Shown piece after piece: positions 27,728-36,730 of a DNA stretch of 64,000 bases; position 1 is the first letter of the stretch, and each line of letters begins with the position of its first letter. The stretch is from contig DASXOJ010000147.1 of assembly GCA_036494465.1 (NCBI GenBank), positions 22,955-86,954 on the forward strand, in the 5' to 3' direction. The notes under the pieces were generated by a model. It was not told the origin of the DNA and did not search any database. It saw only the letters and a list, made by a program, of their open reading frames with translations. The position numbers and the translations under genes are program-made. Origin of the DNA: Pseudonocardiaceae bacterium (lineage in GTDB: Bacteria; Actinomycetota; Actinomycetes; Mycobacteriales; Pseudonocardiaceae).

Positions 27728-29023
27728 GTGACCGCGACAATCGCCGAGAAGACCCCGCTTGCCACGAACCACTTCAAGCTGGCCTGGTGGGGGCTGGCGC
27801 TCGGCGTCTACTCCCAGATCGGGGTCGCGCTGTTCTGCTGCGTGGTCACCTTCGTCGGGCTGATCCCGGTGTGGGTCGGCATCCCGGCCTCGCTGATGTT
27901 CTTGGGCCTCACCCAGCGCTTCGCCGACCAGCACCGGTTGTGGTCGGCGCGGGTGATGGGCGTCCCGATCGCGCGCCCGTACAAACCGACACCGGAGGGG
28001 TGGTGGCTGGCGCGGATTCGCGGCCACCTCACCGACAGGCAGTCCTGGCGCGACCTGGCCTGGCTGCTGGTGAACGCGACCGCGGGCCTGTTCCTGAACC
28101 TGCTGCCGATCTGGTTGCTGGCCGGTGTCGCGTGGTACCTGGTCCTGCCGTTCCTGTTCTTGGTCACGCCGCCCGGCGTCTTCGACACGAACTACGGCTT
28201 GTTCCGGGTGGACAGCGTCGGCACCGCGTTCCTCACCTACGCGTTCTCGATCGTCAGCTTCGTTCTGTTCTGGCGGCTGACCGGGCCGATCATGCGCCTC
28301 AAGGCCCGACTCGACCGCTGGCTGCTCGGCCCGGTGCAGAGCGAGGCACTGGCCAAGCGGGTCGAGCAGCTGACCGAGTCACGCGCGGACACCGTGGACA
28401 CCCAGGCCGCCGAGCTACGCCGGATCGAACGCGACCTGCATGACGGTGCCCAGGCGCGGCTGGTCTCGCTCGGCATGAGCCTGGGCATGGCGGAAGAACT
28501 GCTGGCCAGCAACCCGCAGGCGGCGCAGGGCCTGCTCGCCGAGGCACGCGAGTCGACCGGGCTGGCCCTGTCCGAGCTTCGCGATCTGGTCCGCGGCATC
28601 CACCCGCCGGTACTCGCCGACCGCGGCCTGGACGGCGCGGTGCGCGCGCTGGCGATGGCCTCGCCGCTGCCGGTCGAGGTCACCGTCGACCTGCCCGGCC
28701 GCCCGCCCGCGCCGGTCGAGTCCGCGATGTACTTCGCGGTCGCCGAGACGCTGACCAACCTGGCCAAGCACAGCGGCGCCACCAGCGCCTGGATCCGGGT
28801 CAGCTACACGGAGGGCAGGCTCGGCGTCATGGTCGGCGACGACGGCCGGGGCGGCGCGGTCGCCGAGAGCGGCGGTGGCCTGCACGGCATCGAACGGCGT
28901 CTGTCAGCATTTGACGGAATCGTGCACATCGCCAGCCCACTGGGTGGGCCGACCATCGTGACCATGGAGCTGCCGTGCGTGTTGTCCTCGGTGAAGATCT
29001 CGCCCTCCTCCGAGACGGCCTGA
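27728..29023 (+). CDS. Two-component sensor histidine kinase (HisKA_3)
   Basis: N-terminal TM sensor; ERDLHDGAQARL, ETLTNLAKHS, DDGRGG, GGGLHG. Confidence 0.92.
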   Translation: MTATIAEKTPLATNHFKLAWWGLALGVYSQIGVALFCCVVTFVGLIPVWVGIPASLMFLGLTQRFADQHRLWSARVMGVPIARPYKPTPEGWWLARIRGHLTDRQSWRDLAWLLVNATAGLFLNLLPIWLLAGVAWYLVLPFLFLVTPPGVFDTNYGLFRVDSVGTAFLTYAFSIVSFVLFWRLTGPIMRLKARLDRWLLGPVQSEALAKRVEQLTESRADTVDTQAAELRRIERDLHDGAQARLVSLGMSLGMAEELLASNPQAAQGLLAEARESTGLALSELRDLVRGIHPPVLADRGLDGAVRALAMASPLPVEVTVDLPGRPPAPVESAMYFAVAETLTNLAKHSGATSAWIRVSYTEGRLGVMVGDDGRGGAVAESGGGLHGIERRLSAFDGIVHIASPLGGPTIVTMELPCVLSSVKISPSSETA

Positions 29024-29619
29024 TCCGGCTGCTCGAAGCGCACGACTTCGAGGTCGTCGAGGCCGTGGACAACGGGCCATCGCTGTTGCACGCGCTGATC
29101 GAGCACAAGCCGGACGTCGCGGTCGTCGACGTCCGGCTGCCGCCCACGTTCACCGACGAGGGACTGCGCGCCGCCATCGCGGCGCGCGCCGAGGTGCCCG
29201 GCCTGCCGGTGCTGGTGCTGTCCCAGTACGTCGAGCAGCTCTACGCGCGCGAGCTGCTCTCCGACGGCCAGGGCGGGGTCGGCTACCTGCTCAAGGATCG
29301 GGTGGCGAACGTCGGCCAGTTCCTGGATGCGGTGCGCCGGGTCGCCGACGGCGGCACCGCGATGGACCCCGAGGTGGTCTCGCAACTGCTGGCGCGCAAC
29401 GCGGGCCGTGAGCCGTTGCACAAGCTGACGCCGCGCGAACGGGAAGTGCTCGAACAGATGGCCGAGGGCCGGTCCAACGCGGCCATCGCGGGCAAGTTGT
29501 TCATCACCGAAAAAGCGGTGTCCAAGCACACGAACAACATTTTCGCGAAAGTCGGACTGCCCCAGTCGAGTGACGACAATCGCCGGGTTCTCGCAGTGCT
29601 CGCCTTCCTGAACAACTAA
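28975..29619 (+). CDS. NarL/LuxR family response regulator
   Basis: EDLALLR, DVRLPP, GYLLK, LTPREREVL. Confidence 0.93.
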   Translation: MRVVLGEDLALLRDGLIRLLEAHDFEVVEAVDNGPSLLHALIEHKPDVAVVDVRLPPTFTDEGLRAAIAARAEVPGLPVLVLSQYVEQLYARELLSDGQGGVGYLLKDRVANVGQFLDAVRRVADGGTAMDPEVVSQLLARNAGREPLHKLTPREREVLEQMAEGRSNAAIAGKLFITEKAVSKHTNNIFAKVGLPQSSDDNRRVLAVLAFLNN

Positions 29620-29659
29620 CTCCGCCGTATGCTGCTTGCTTGCCGGATCGGAGGATCTG

Positions 29660-30457
29660 ATGAGCACAGCGGCGGACTGGGTGCCCAGTGACATGGATGT
29701 CGGCGTACCCAGTGCGGCCCGGGTCTACGACTACCTGCTCGGCGGTGCGCACAATTTCGACGTGGACCGGATCGTCGGCGAGAAAGTGCTTGCCGCTGCG
29801 CCGAATGGCCGACAGATCGCGCGGTCCAACCGGGCTTTCATGAGTCGCGCCGTGCGGTTCATGGTGGCCGGCGGCATCCGCCAGTTCCTGGACCTGGGCT
29901 CGGGGATCCCGACCGTGGGCAATGTGCACGAGATCGCGCAGCACGCCGATCCGGACTGTCGCGTCGTCTACGTCGATCACGATCCCATCGCGGTCGCGCA
30001 CAGCCAATTGATGCTGTCCGGTAATCCGCTCGCGGTCGTGGTGAACAAGGATCTGACCGACCCGAAGTCGCTGCTCAAGAATTCGACCGTGCGGAAATTT
30101 CTCGATTTCGACAAACCCATCGGCTTGCTGATGGTCGCGGTGTTTCATTTCGTGCCGGACGACAAGGAACCGGCAGAGATTGTCAAAACCTACCTGGACG
30201 CGATTCCGGCCGGCTCGTACGTGGCGATATCGCACCTGACCGCCGACCAGATGGCCGATGAGATGGCGGGTGTCGTCGAGGCGATGCGCAACAGCCGCGA
30301 TCCGATGTACTTCCGGAGCTATGCCGATGTCGCCGCATTGTTCGACGGGCTGGACGTGGTCGAGCCGGGTGTGGTGAGCGCGCCGTTGTGGCACCGGGAC
30401 TACGGCGACGACGTCGACCAGGAGGGCGTCTACGCCGGGGTCGGTCGCAAGCTCTGA
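29660..30457 (+). CDS. SAM-dependent methyltransferase (actinobacterial Methyltransf_19 type)
   Basis: PSAARVYDYLLGG, QFLDLGSGIP, VYVDHDP; GGAGG RBS; TATGCT -10 at 29628. Confidence 0.88.
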   Translation: MSTAADWVPSDMDVGVPSAARVYDYLLGGAHNFDVDRIVGEKVLAAAPNGRQIARSNRAFMSRAVRFMVAGGIRQFLDLGSGIPTVGNVHEIAQHADPDCRVVYVDHDPIAVAHSQLMLSGNPLAVVVNKDLTDPKSLLKNSTVRKFLDFDKPIGLLMVAVFHFVPDDKEPAEIVKTYLDAIPAGSYVAISHLTADQMADEMAGVVEAMRNSRDPMYFRSYADVAALFDGLDVVEPGVVSAPLWHRDYGDDVDQEGVYAGVGRKL

Positions 30458-30465
30458 TCCAGTGT

Positions 30466-30515
30466 GCTGTCAACCGAGGTTGACAGCGCCCGTGGTGTCA
30501 ACCTAAGTTGACACC
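30466..30515 (+). promoter_or_regulatory. Twin palindromic operators TGTCAAC-N4-GTTGACA embedded in a leaderless promoter (TTGACA 30480, TAAGTT 30504)
   Basis: gctgtcaaccgaggttgacagc (30466-30487) and ggtgtcaacctaagttgacacc (30494-30515); ATG lies 7 nt after the -10. Confidence 0.8.
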
Positions 30516-30516
30516 C

Positions 30517-30744
30517 ATGGATGGAGTTCAACTCGCCGAGCAGGCGAGCAGTCGTGATCCCGAGATCGGGTTGCGCGCCGTCCGGGCCCTGCGCGAACTG
30601 GCCGACCGGCTGGAATCGTTGCAGGTCCAGAGCGCGCGCGACGCGGGCTGGTCGTGGCAGGAGATCGCCAACCGGCTCGACGTGACCCGCCAGGCGGTGC
30701 ACAAGAAACACAGCGGCCGACGACTTTTCGGCAAGGAGGACTGA
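30517..30744 (+). CDS. Small HTH DNA-binding protein (ClpC2 N-terminal-like)
   Basis: ARDAGWSWQEIANRLDVTRQAVHKKH HTH. Confidence 0.82.
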   Translation: MDGVQLAEQASSRDPEIGLRAVRALRELADRLESLQVQSARDAGWSWQEIANRLDVTRQAVHKKHSGRRLFGKED

Positions 30745-30745
30745 G

Positions 30746-31303
30746 ATGTTGGAGCGATTCACCGAACAGGCGCGCGCCGCGGTCGTCACGGTCGCGCAGC
30801 AGCAGGCGCGGCACGTGCCGAGTTCGCGCGACGGCGGCAAACCGGCGGTCACCGTCGCGCACCTGCTGCTCGCCATCGCCGACGAGGAAACCGGCCCGGC
30901 GGCGGAACTGCTGCACGCGCACGGCATCACCGGATCGGCGGTGCGGGACCGGATCCGCGCCGATCAGAAGTCCGAACTGGACGCTGAAGCGCTCGCAACG
31001 CTCGGCATCGACCTGAGCGCCGTGCGGGAAGCCGCCGAGGCGAGTTTCGGGCCGGGCGCGCTGGAGGGCGGTGGTACCGCACGCGGGCGGATTCCGTTCG
31101 GTGCCAACGCGAAGCGCGTGCTCGCGCTCGCCGTGCGGGCCACCGGTGACGTGCGGCGCAACCGGATCGGCACCGAACACGTGCTCTACGGCGTGCTGCG
31201 CGCCCGCGACGAGGCGACCGGCGAGATCCTGGCCGCGCTGAACGTGGACTCGACGAGGCTCGCCGACGAGGCGGCCGCGTTGGTCGGCCCGGCCGCCGCC
31301 TAG
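30746..31303 (+). CDS. Stand-alone Clp N-terminal repeat domain protein (no AAA+ module)
   Basis: ERFTEQAR...AHLLLAI and IPFG..AKRVL...IGTEHVLYGVL repeats. Confidence 0.85.
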   Translation: MLERFTEQARAAVVTVAQQQARHVPSSRDGGKPAVTVAHLLLAIADEETGPAAELLHAHGITGSAVRDRIRADQKSELDAEALATLGIDLSAVREAAEASFGPGALEGGGTARGRIPFGANAKRVLALAVRATGDVRRNRIGTEHVLYGVLRARDEATGEILAALNVDSTRLADEAAALVGPAAA

Positions 31304-31338
31304 CCGACCAATCCGTTGACCGGGGTGCGAATGCCCTT

Positions 31339-32145
31339 CTAGGCGAGGCGTTCGCGCAGGAACTCGACGACCCGCTCGCGCGCGGTCAGCGCCGGGTGAC
31401 CCGGTTGTTCGCGCACTTCTGCGGTGAGTACGGAGTGCGCGCGCTTGCTGAACCCGGTCGGGTTGCCCGGTGCCGAGTCCAGCTCGATCACGTCGAACGC
31501 GTCGCCGAGCCGGTTCTTCAAGGTGGTGAAGCGGTCCTTGGGCGAGGTGCCGTCCTCGCTGAACCGCAGCCCCATCACGCACAGGTTGTCGTTGGTGGTC
31601 CGCTGCACGACCGTGGCCAGTTCCTTTTCGGACAGGCCGGGGTCGGCGCGGTGGGCCGCGTTGATCGGGAACGGCACGGACGGCTGGCTGAGCACGGGCG
31701 CGAGCACCACGTCCTCGACGGCGACGGCCAGCGCGAACCCGCCGGTGAAGCACATGCCGATCACGCCGACGCCCTTACCGGGGGTGCGCCCGGCGAGATC
31801 CTTGGCGACCGCGCGCAGGAAACCGGTGATCGGTCGCTCGGCGTCCAGCGCGAACGCGCGGAACTCCGAGGCGACGCACAGCCTGCCGATCACGCCGAGC
31901 GCGTAGCCGGCCGTCATCGGCTTGCCGGGCGTGCCGAACGGGGAGGGCACCACGACGGTGAAGCCCTGATCGACCAGGTGGTCGGCGAGGCCGAGCACCT
32001 CGGGGGTGATCCCGGGGACCTCGGGGATCAGCACCACCCCGGGGCCATCGCCCTTCTCGTAACAGTCGTAGGTCAGGCCGGCTCCCGTGAAGGGCGCTTT
32101 GCGCCAGCCGGTCAGGTCCGAGGTGGGTGCCGTGTCGGTGGTCAC
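31339..32145 (-). CDS. Dienelactone hydrolase family protein
   Basis: GMCFTGG nucleophile elbow, PEVPG, AHSVLT. GTG start 32145. Confidence 0.85.
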   Translation of the reverse strand: MTTDTAPTSDLTGWRKAPFTGAGLTYDCYEKGDGPGVVLIPEVPGITPEVLGLADHLVDQGFTVVVPSPFGTPGKPMTAGYALGVIGRLCVASEFRAFALDAERPITGFLRAVAKDLAGRTPGKGVGVIGMCFTGGFALAVAVEDVVLAPVLSQPSVPFPINAAHRADPGLSEKELATVVQRTTNDNLCVMGLRFSEDGTSPKDRFTTLKNRLGDAFDVIELDSAPGNPTGFSKRAHSVLTAEVREQPGHPALTARERVVEFLRERLA

Positions 32146-32152
32146 GAGCGGA

Positions 32153-32710
32153 TCATGCCACCGGTGCGATGGGCAGGCCGAGTCCGGTGAGCATGATGTC
32201 GAGCATCTTGCCCGCGCGCGCCACGCCGTCCTCCTCGGTGGCGATGGAGACCGCGTGCGCCATCCGCAGCAGTTCGACCACCTCGATGTCGCTACGCACC
32301 ACGCCGGATTCCTGCAAGGGCGTGAGCAGTTCGCCCGCGGTCGCGCGCATGGCTTTGCGGCAGTAGTCGAAGTTCTCGCCGTTGTGGTCCATCGCGGTCT
32401 TGAGCGAACGGGCCAGGCCCTTGTTGGCGAAGATGAACTCGAGCTGGGCGTGCATCCAGGCACAGAGCGCCTGCTCGGGTGGCAGTTCCTCGCGCAGCCG
32501 CTTGCCAAGGTCGGCCAGCGCGATGATCTCCTCCCGGTAGATGGCTTCGATCAGCGCGTCCCTGGTGGGGAAGTGGCGGTAGAGGGTGCCTGCGCCGACG
32601 CCCGCCTTCTTCACGATCTCGTCGAGCGGCGCGTCGATGCCGTGTTCGGCGAAGACCTGCTTGGCCACGGCGACGATCCGCGCGGCATTGCGCTGGGCGT
32701 CGGCACGCAT
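32153..32710 (-). CDS. TetR family regulator
   Basis: RADAQRNAARIV...GVGAGTLYRHFPTR; GAGGAGG RBS. Confidence 0.9.
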   Translation of the reverse strand: MRADAQRNAARIVAVAKQVFAEHGIDAPLDEIVKKAGVGAGTLYRHFPTRDALIEAIYREEIIALADLGKRLREELPPEQALCAWMHAQLEFIFANKGLARSLKTAMDHNGENFDYCRKAMRATAGELLTPLQESGVVRSDIEVVELLRMAHAVSIATEEDGVARAGKMLDIMLTGLGLPIAPVA

Positions 32711-32745
32711 GGGTTCGATCCCTCCTCGAGTCCACATCGAGTATC

Positions 32746-32826
32746 CGGAGAGATTCTCCGAATAGACTTGCGCAATCGGAGAGTCTCTCCATATCGTAGG
32801 GCACGTTCAAGCGGAGAATGTCTCCG
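32746..32826. promoter_or_regulatory. Three CGGAGA-N3-TCTCC(G/A) operators; the middle one lies between TTGCGC (-35, 32768) and TATCGT (-10, 32792) of the MFS promoter
   Basis: Copies at 32746-32760, 32777-32791 and 32812-32826 in the divergent TetR/MFS intergenic region. Confidence 0.8.
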
Positions 32827-32852
32827 GTTGCTGTTCCGTAGGGGGAATATCC

Positions 32853-34295
32853 GTGACCGAGCGGACCCTGACCGCGCCCGTCAGCCAGGCGGCGCCGCGG
32901 TCAGCACGAGCCGGGCTCGTGCTGATCACCATCCTGACCTGCCAACTCATGCTCGTGCTCGACATCACCGTGATGAACGTGGCGCTGCCGCACATCCAGG
33001 TCGACCTGCACTTCACGCCGACCGGCCTGTCCTGGGTGATGAGCTCCTACACGCTGATCTTCGGCTGTCTGCTACTGCTCGGCGGCCGCGCGGGAGACCT
33101 GTTCGGCAGGCGCCGGATGTTCGTCGTCGGCGTCGCCGTGTTCACCATCGCCTCGCTGTTCGCCGGACTCGCCCAGACCGCGTCCTGGCTGATCATCGCC
33201 CGGATCGCGCAGGGCCTCGGCGCCGCTGCCGCGGGCCCGAACACGTTGGCGCTGATCACCAGCACCATCTCCGACGCCAAGGCCCGAGTGCGCGCGTTCG
33301 CGCTGTTCTCCGCCATGTCCAGCGGCGGTTTCGCGGTCGGCCTTATCGTCGGCGGGCTGCTTACCGAAATCGGCAGCTGGCGCCTTGGCATGTTCATCAA
33401 CGTGCCGTTCGGCATCGCCGTCACCGTGCTCGCGCGGCGCTTCATCGCCGAACCGGAGCGCAACGCCGCCCGGCTCGACCTGCCCGGCGCGATCACCTCG
33501 ACCCTGGGCGTCGCCGGGCTGGTCTACGGCTTCGTGCGCGCGGCGTCCGCAGGCTGGGGCGACCCGGTCGTGTTGACCACCCTGATCGGCGGCGCGCTGC
33601 TGGTCGGACTGTTCCTGCTGGTCGAACGCCGTGCCACCGAACCGCTGCTGCGGCTGAGCCTGCTCGCCGACGGCAACCGGGCCCGCGCCTACGCCAACAT
33701 GTTCCTCGGCCCGATGGCGATGACCTCGATGTTCTTCTTCCTCACCCAGTTCATCCAGGACGTGCTTGGCCTCAAACCGCTGGTCACCGGGTTCGCGTTC
33801 CTGCCAATGGCCGCGTCGATCTTCGCGGTCAGCCGGGTCATGCCGCGCCTGCTGCCGCGCTTCGGGCCCAAGGTGCTGGTCACCGCGGGCACTGGGCTGA
33901 TGGTGATCGGCCTGGTCTGGCTCACCCAGCTGGGCGTCACCAGCGGCTACTTCCCGACGCTGTTCGGCCCGTTGCTGCTGATGGGTATCGGCGGTGGCCT
34001 CGGCTTCTCACCGTTGAACGTGATCATCATGTCCACGGTGCCGGTCCGCGACGCGGGCGCGGCAGGCGGTGCGTTGCAGACCATGCAGCAGATCGGCAGT
34101 TCGCTCGGGCTTGCGGTGCTGGTCACAGTGTTCGGCCGGGTGTCGGCGACGGCCATCGCGCACCACGAGTCCGCCGGGCAGGTGCTGGTGTCCGGCATGA
34201 CCAGCGCATATGTCGTCGCGGCCGGTTGCGCGGTCGCCTCGTTCATCGTCGCGCTGACGTTCCGGCGCCAGGGAAACAGCGAGCGAACCGCGTGA
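32853..34295 (+). CDS. DHA2 (EmrB/QacA) MFS efflux transporter
   Basis: LDITVMNVALP, GGRAGDLFGRR, about 14 TM helices. Confidence 0.92.
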   Translation: MTERTLTAPVSQAAPRSARAGLVLITILTCQLMLVLDITVMNVALPHIQVDLHFTPTGLSWVMSSYTLIFGCLLLLGGRAGDLFGRRRMFVVGVAVFTIASLFAGLAQTASWLIIARIAQGLGAAAAGPNTLALITSTISDAKARVRAFALFSAMSSGGFAVGLIVGGLLTEIGSWRLGMFINVPFGIAVTVLARRFIAEPERNAARLDLPGAITSTLGVAGLVYGFVRAASAGWGDPVVLTTLIGGALLVGLFLLVERRATEPLLRLSLLADGNRARAYANMFLGPMAMTSMFFFLTQFIQDVLGLKPLVTGFAFLPMAASIFAVSRVMPRLLPRFGPKVLVTAGTGLMVIGLVWLTQLGVTSGYFPTLFGPLLLMGIGGGLGFSPLNVIIMSTVPVRDAGAAGGALQTMQQIGSSLGLAVLVTVFGRVSATAIAHHESAGQVLVSGMTSAYVVAAGCAVASFIVALTFRRQGNSERTA

Positions 34296-34365
34296 AGCGG
34301 GCATAAAGTCGATCGATACGGAGGTTGCTGGTAACGGATTGAGTCCGTTCAGGGGAGTGCGGTTG

Positions 34366-35982
34366 ATGCGTCGGGTGTGGGTGTGGCCGTTCGGCTTGGT
34401 CGCGATCGCGGTGGGGATCTTCGCCGGGATCGTCGCGGTGCGGGGTGCCGTGCCCGGTTGGGCCGCGCAACCCAGCCACGGCTTCACCCAGAACAGTCCC
34501 GCCCTGCACGGCCTGCTGGTCGCGTTGCTGCTGCTCGTGCTCGGCTGGGGCCTGCTGCGCGCCAAAGCGGTCGCGCTGGTCGCGAGCGTGCTGCTGATCG
34601 GCTGGGTCACCCTGGCCATGCGGCACACCAGCTGGAGCATCCTGCCGATCGGCTACGCGCTCGCGCTCGTCCTGTGCTATCACGGCTTTCCCGCCGTGCC
34701 GGACCGCGGCCAGGTGCGCGCCGCGGTGCGCAACGGACTGCTCGCCCTTGGCGTGACCCTGCTGATCGAATGGGCGGCCCGGCACGACTGGGCCGCCCAC
34801 CTCGGCCTCGCCGCGTCCACCCTGATCGTGATCGTGGTGGTGTTGATCACCACCCTGCGCGCGGCGCCCGCGCCCGCCCCGGCCACCGAGGCCGAGCGGG
34901 CCCGGATCGCCGCGCTGGTGCGCAGGCCCGGCGCGGACACGCTGGCGCCGTTCGCGTTGCGCTCGGACAAGTCCTACCTGTTCAGCGCGGACGGCACCGC
35001 CGCGATCGGCTACCGGGTGCTGCTCGGCGTCGCGGTCGTCGGCGGCGACCCGATCGGCGACCCGCGCGGCTACGACGACGTGATCGCCAGGTTCATGGCG
35101 TTGTGCCGCCGCAACGGCTGGCGGCCGGCGGTGCTCGGCGCCCGCGCCGAACTCGACCCGCTGTGGCGCGCCCAGCACCTCACCGGCCTCCAGGTCGGCG
35201 AGGAAGTCATGCTCGACGTGCCCGCGTTCGGCCTGGCCACGCGCAAGATGCGCAACGTGCGCCAGGCCGTCGGCCGCACGCACAACGCGGGCATCACCAC
35301 CCGGGTCGTGCGCGCGGGCGAGCTCGAACCGGAGCTGTTCGCGGAGATGTCCGAGGTGTCCAACGCCTGGCTGGGCAAGGCGCGCGAGCGCGGGTTCTCC
35401 ATGGTCATGGACGGCCTGTTCGACGCCGGCAACCCGGACAGCGTCTTCGTGCTCGCCTTCGACGCGGACCGGCACGTGGTCGGCTTCCAGCGCTACCTGC
35501 CCGCCGGTTTCGGTTACGGCCCAACGCCCGCACCGGGCGCCGCGCTGTCGCTGGACGTGATGCGCCGCGAACGCGGCCGGTTCAACGGGCTCAACGAGCG
35601 CATGATCGTCGACCTTGTCGACTACGCGAAACAACACGGCATCGGCACCGTGTCGCTGAATTTCGCCGCGTTCCGCGCCCTGCTCGACCGGGGCGCGCAG
35701 CGCGGTCCTGTGCAGCAGCTCGGCTACCGCACCCTGCACCTGCTCGACCCGTTCATCCAGGTCGAGTCGCTGTACCTGTTCAACGCCAAGTTCCGCCCCG
35801 GGTACCTGGGCAGGCGGGTCGCGTTCGGCAGCTGGTTCGCGCTGCCGGTGGTGTTGCTCGCGCTGCTCGGCCTGGAGTTCGCGCTCCCGTACGACCTGCA
35901 CCGAGGCCAGCGCGCGCCCGAACCAGTCGAAGCGGACCGCTCGCGGCTGCTCGCGATCTGGCGCGTTCCGACCCGGCATTAG
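34366..35982 (+). CDS. Membrane protein with an MprF/LPG-synthase C-terminal (DUF2156) domain
   Basis: FALRSDKSYLF, GDPIG, RNVRQAVGR, ERGFSM, SLDVMRR, LNERMI, SLNFAAF, SLYLFNAKFRP; short N-terminal TM region. Confidence 0.88.
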   Translation: MRRVWVWPFGLVAIAVGIFAGIVAVRGAVPGWAAQPSHGFTQNSPALHGLLVALLLLVLGWGLLRAKAVALVASVLLIGWVTLAMRHTSWSILPIGYALALVLCYHGFPAVPDRGQVRAAVRNGLLALGVTLLIEWAARHDWAAHLGLAASTLIVIVVVLITTLRAAPAPAPATEAERARIAALVRRPGADTLAPFALRSDKSYLFSADGTAAIGYRVLLGVAVVGGDPIGDPRGYDDVIARFMALCRRNGWRPAVLGARAELDPLWRAQHLTGLQVGEEVMLDVPAFGLATRKMRNVRQAVGRTHNAGITTRVVRAGELEPELFAEMSEVSNAWLGKARERGFSMVMDGLFDAGNPDSVFVLAFDADRHVVGFQRYLPAGFGYGPTPAPGAALSLDVMRRERGRFNGLNERMIVDLVDYAKQHGIGTVSLNFAAFRALLDRGAQRGPVQQLGYRTLHLLDPFIQVESLYLFNAKFRPGYLGRRVAFGSWFALPVVLLALLGLEFALPYDLHRGQRAPEPVEADRSRLLAIWRVPTRH

Positions 35983-36151
35983 GGGACTGGTTAGGGGCCC
36001 CGGTTAGGGGCTGCCACCTCGGATTACCTCGGTCGGGGGACACCATCCGGGCACACCCGTGCCTGGCTTGCTTTCCGCTCACCAACAGGCGCATTGTTGC
36101 GGTTACCAAGTATTTGCGTAGCTCATGCAACGGCGTAAGGAGGTGGCGGTC

Positions 36152-36730
36152 GTGCTGTCTGACGTGCCCGCGATGCGGAGCTCTCATGTGGAGAACGCCG
36201 ACCACCAGGTCAACGACGACACCGACGCCTGCCAGCCCGACCGGCTCGCCGCAGCGGCCGATCTCGGCAGCCAGTGCACCCGTTTCATCCGGCTGGTCCG
36301 CAAGGTCGGCGCCAGTCTCACCTTCCAGCGCCACGACGGCATCGAGTCCGCCGCGTACGCGCTACTCGCCGTCGCGGTGGTGGCCGGACCGCAGCGGTTG
36401 ACCGCGCTCGCCGAAGCGGTGCACGCCGACCCGTCCACGGTCAGCAGGCAGACCGCCGCGCTCGTCCGGCACGGCCTGCTGGAACGGCGCGCCGATCCCG
36501 CCGACGGCCGGGCCACGCTGCTGGTCGCCACACCCGAGGGGGTTCGGGTGTTCGAGGACAACAAACGGCTGCGCAGCAGGATGTTGGCGACCGCGCTGGG
36601 GGACTGGTCCGTCACGGACCTTGCCGCGCTGACCGTCCTGCTGGAGCGGTTGAACACCGACCTGGAAGGCGGCATCGAGTCCTACTTCCGGGCCGCCGCC
36701 GAATCAAGGACACCGGGACAGCCGAGATGA
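36152..36730 (+). CDS. MarR family regulator
   Basis: LAEAVHADPSTVSRQ, RRADPADGRA; AAGGAGG RBS before GTG 36152. Confidence 0.88.
   Translation: MLSDVPAMRSSHVENADHQVNDDTDACQPDRLAAAADLGSQCTRFIRLVRKVGASLTFQRHDGIESAAYALLAVAVVAGPQRLTALAEAVHADPSTVSRQTAALVRHGLLERRADPADGRATLLVATPEGVRVFEDNKRLRSRMLATALGDWSVTDLAALTVLLERLNTDLEGGIESYFRAAAESRTPGQPR

Noticed and set aside
28975-29023. 49-nt kinase/regulator overlap as a possible frameshift
   Set aside because: Both proteins are complete, and this overlap style is common in actinobacterial HisKA_3/NarL pairs.
32087-34306. Very long Arg/Pro-rich alternative-frame ORFs (also 34377..36401, 53140..54843, 55797..57860, 49592..51628)
   Set aside because: Typical stop-poor off-frames of high-GC DNA that overlap well-supported genes.
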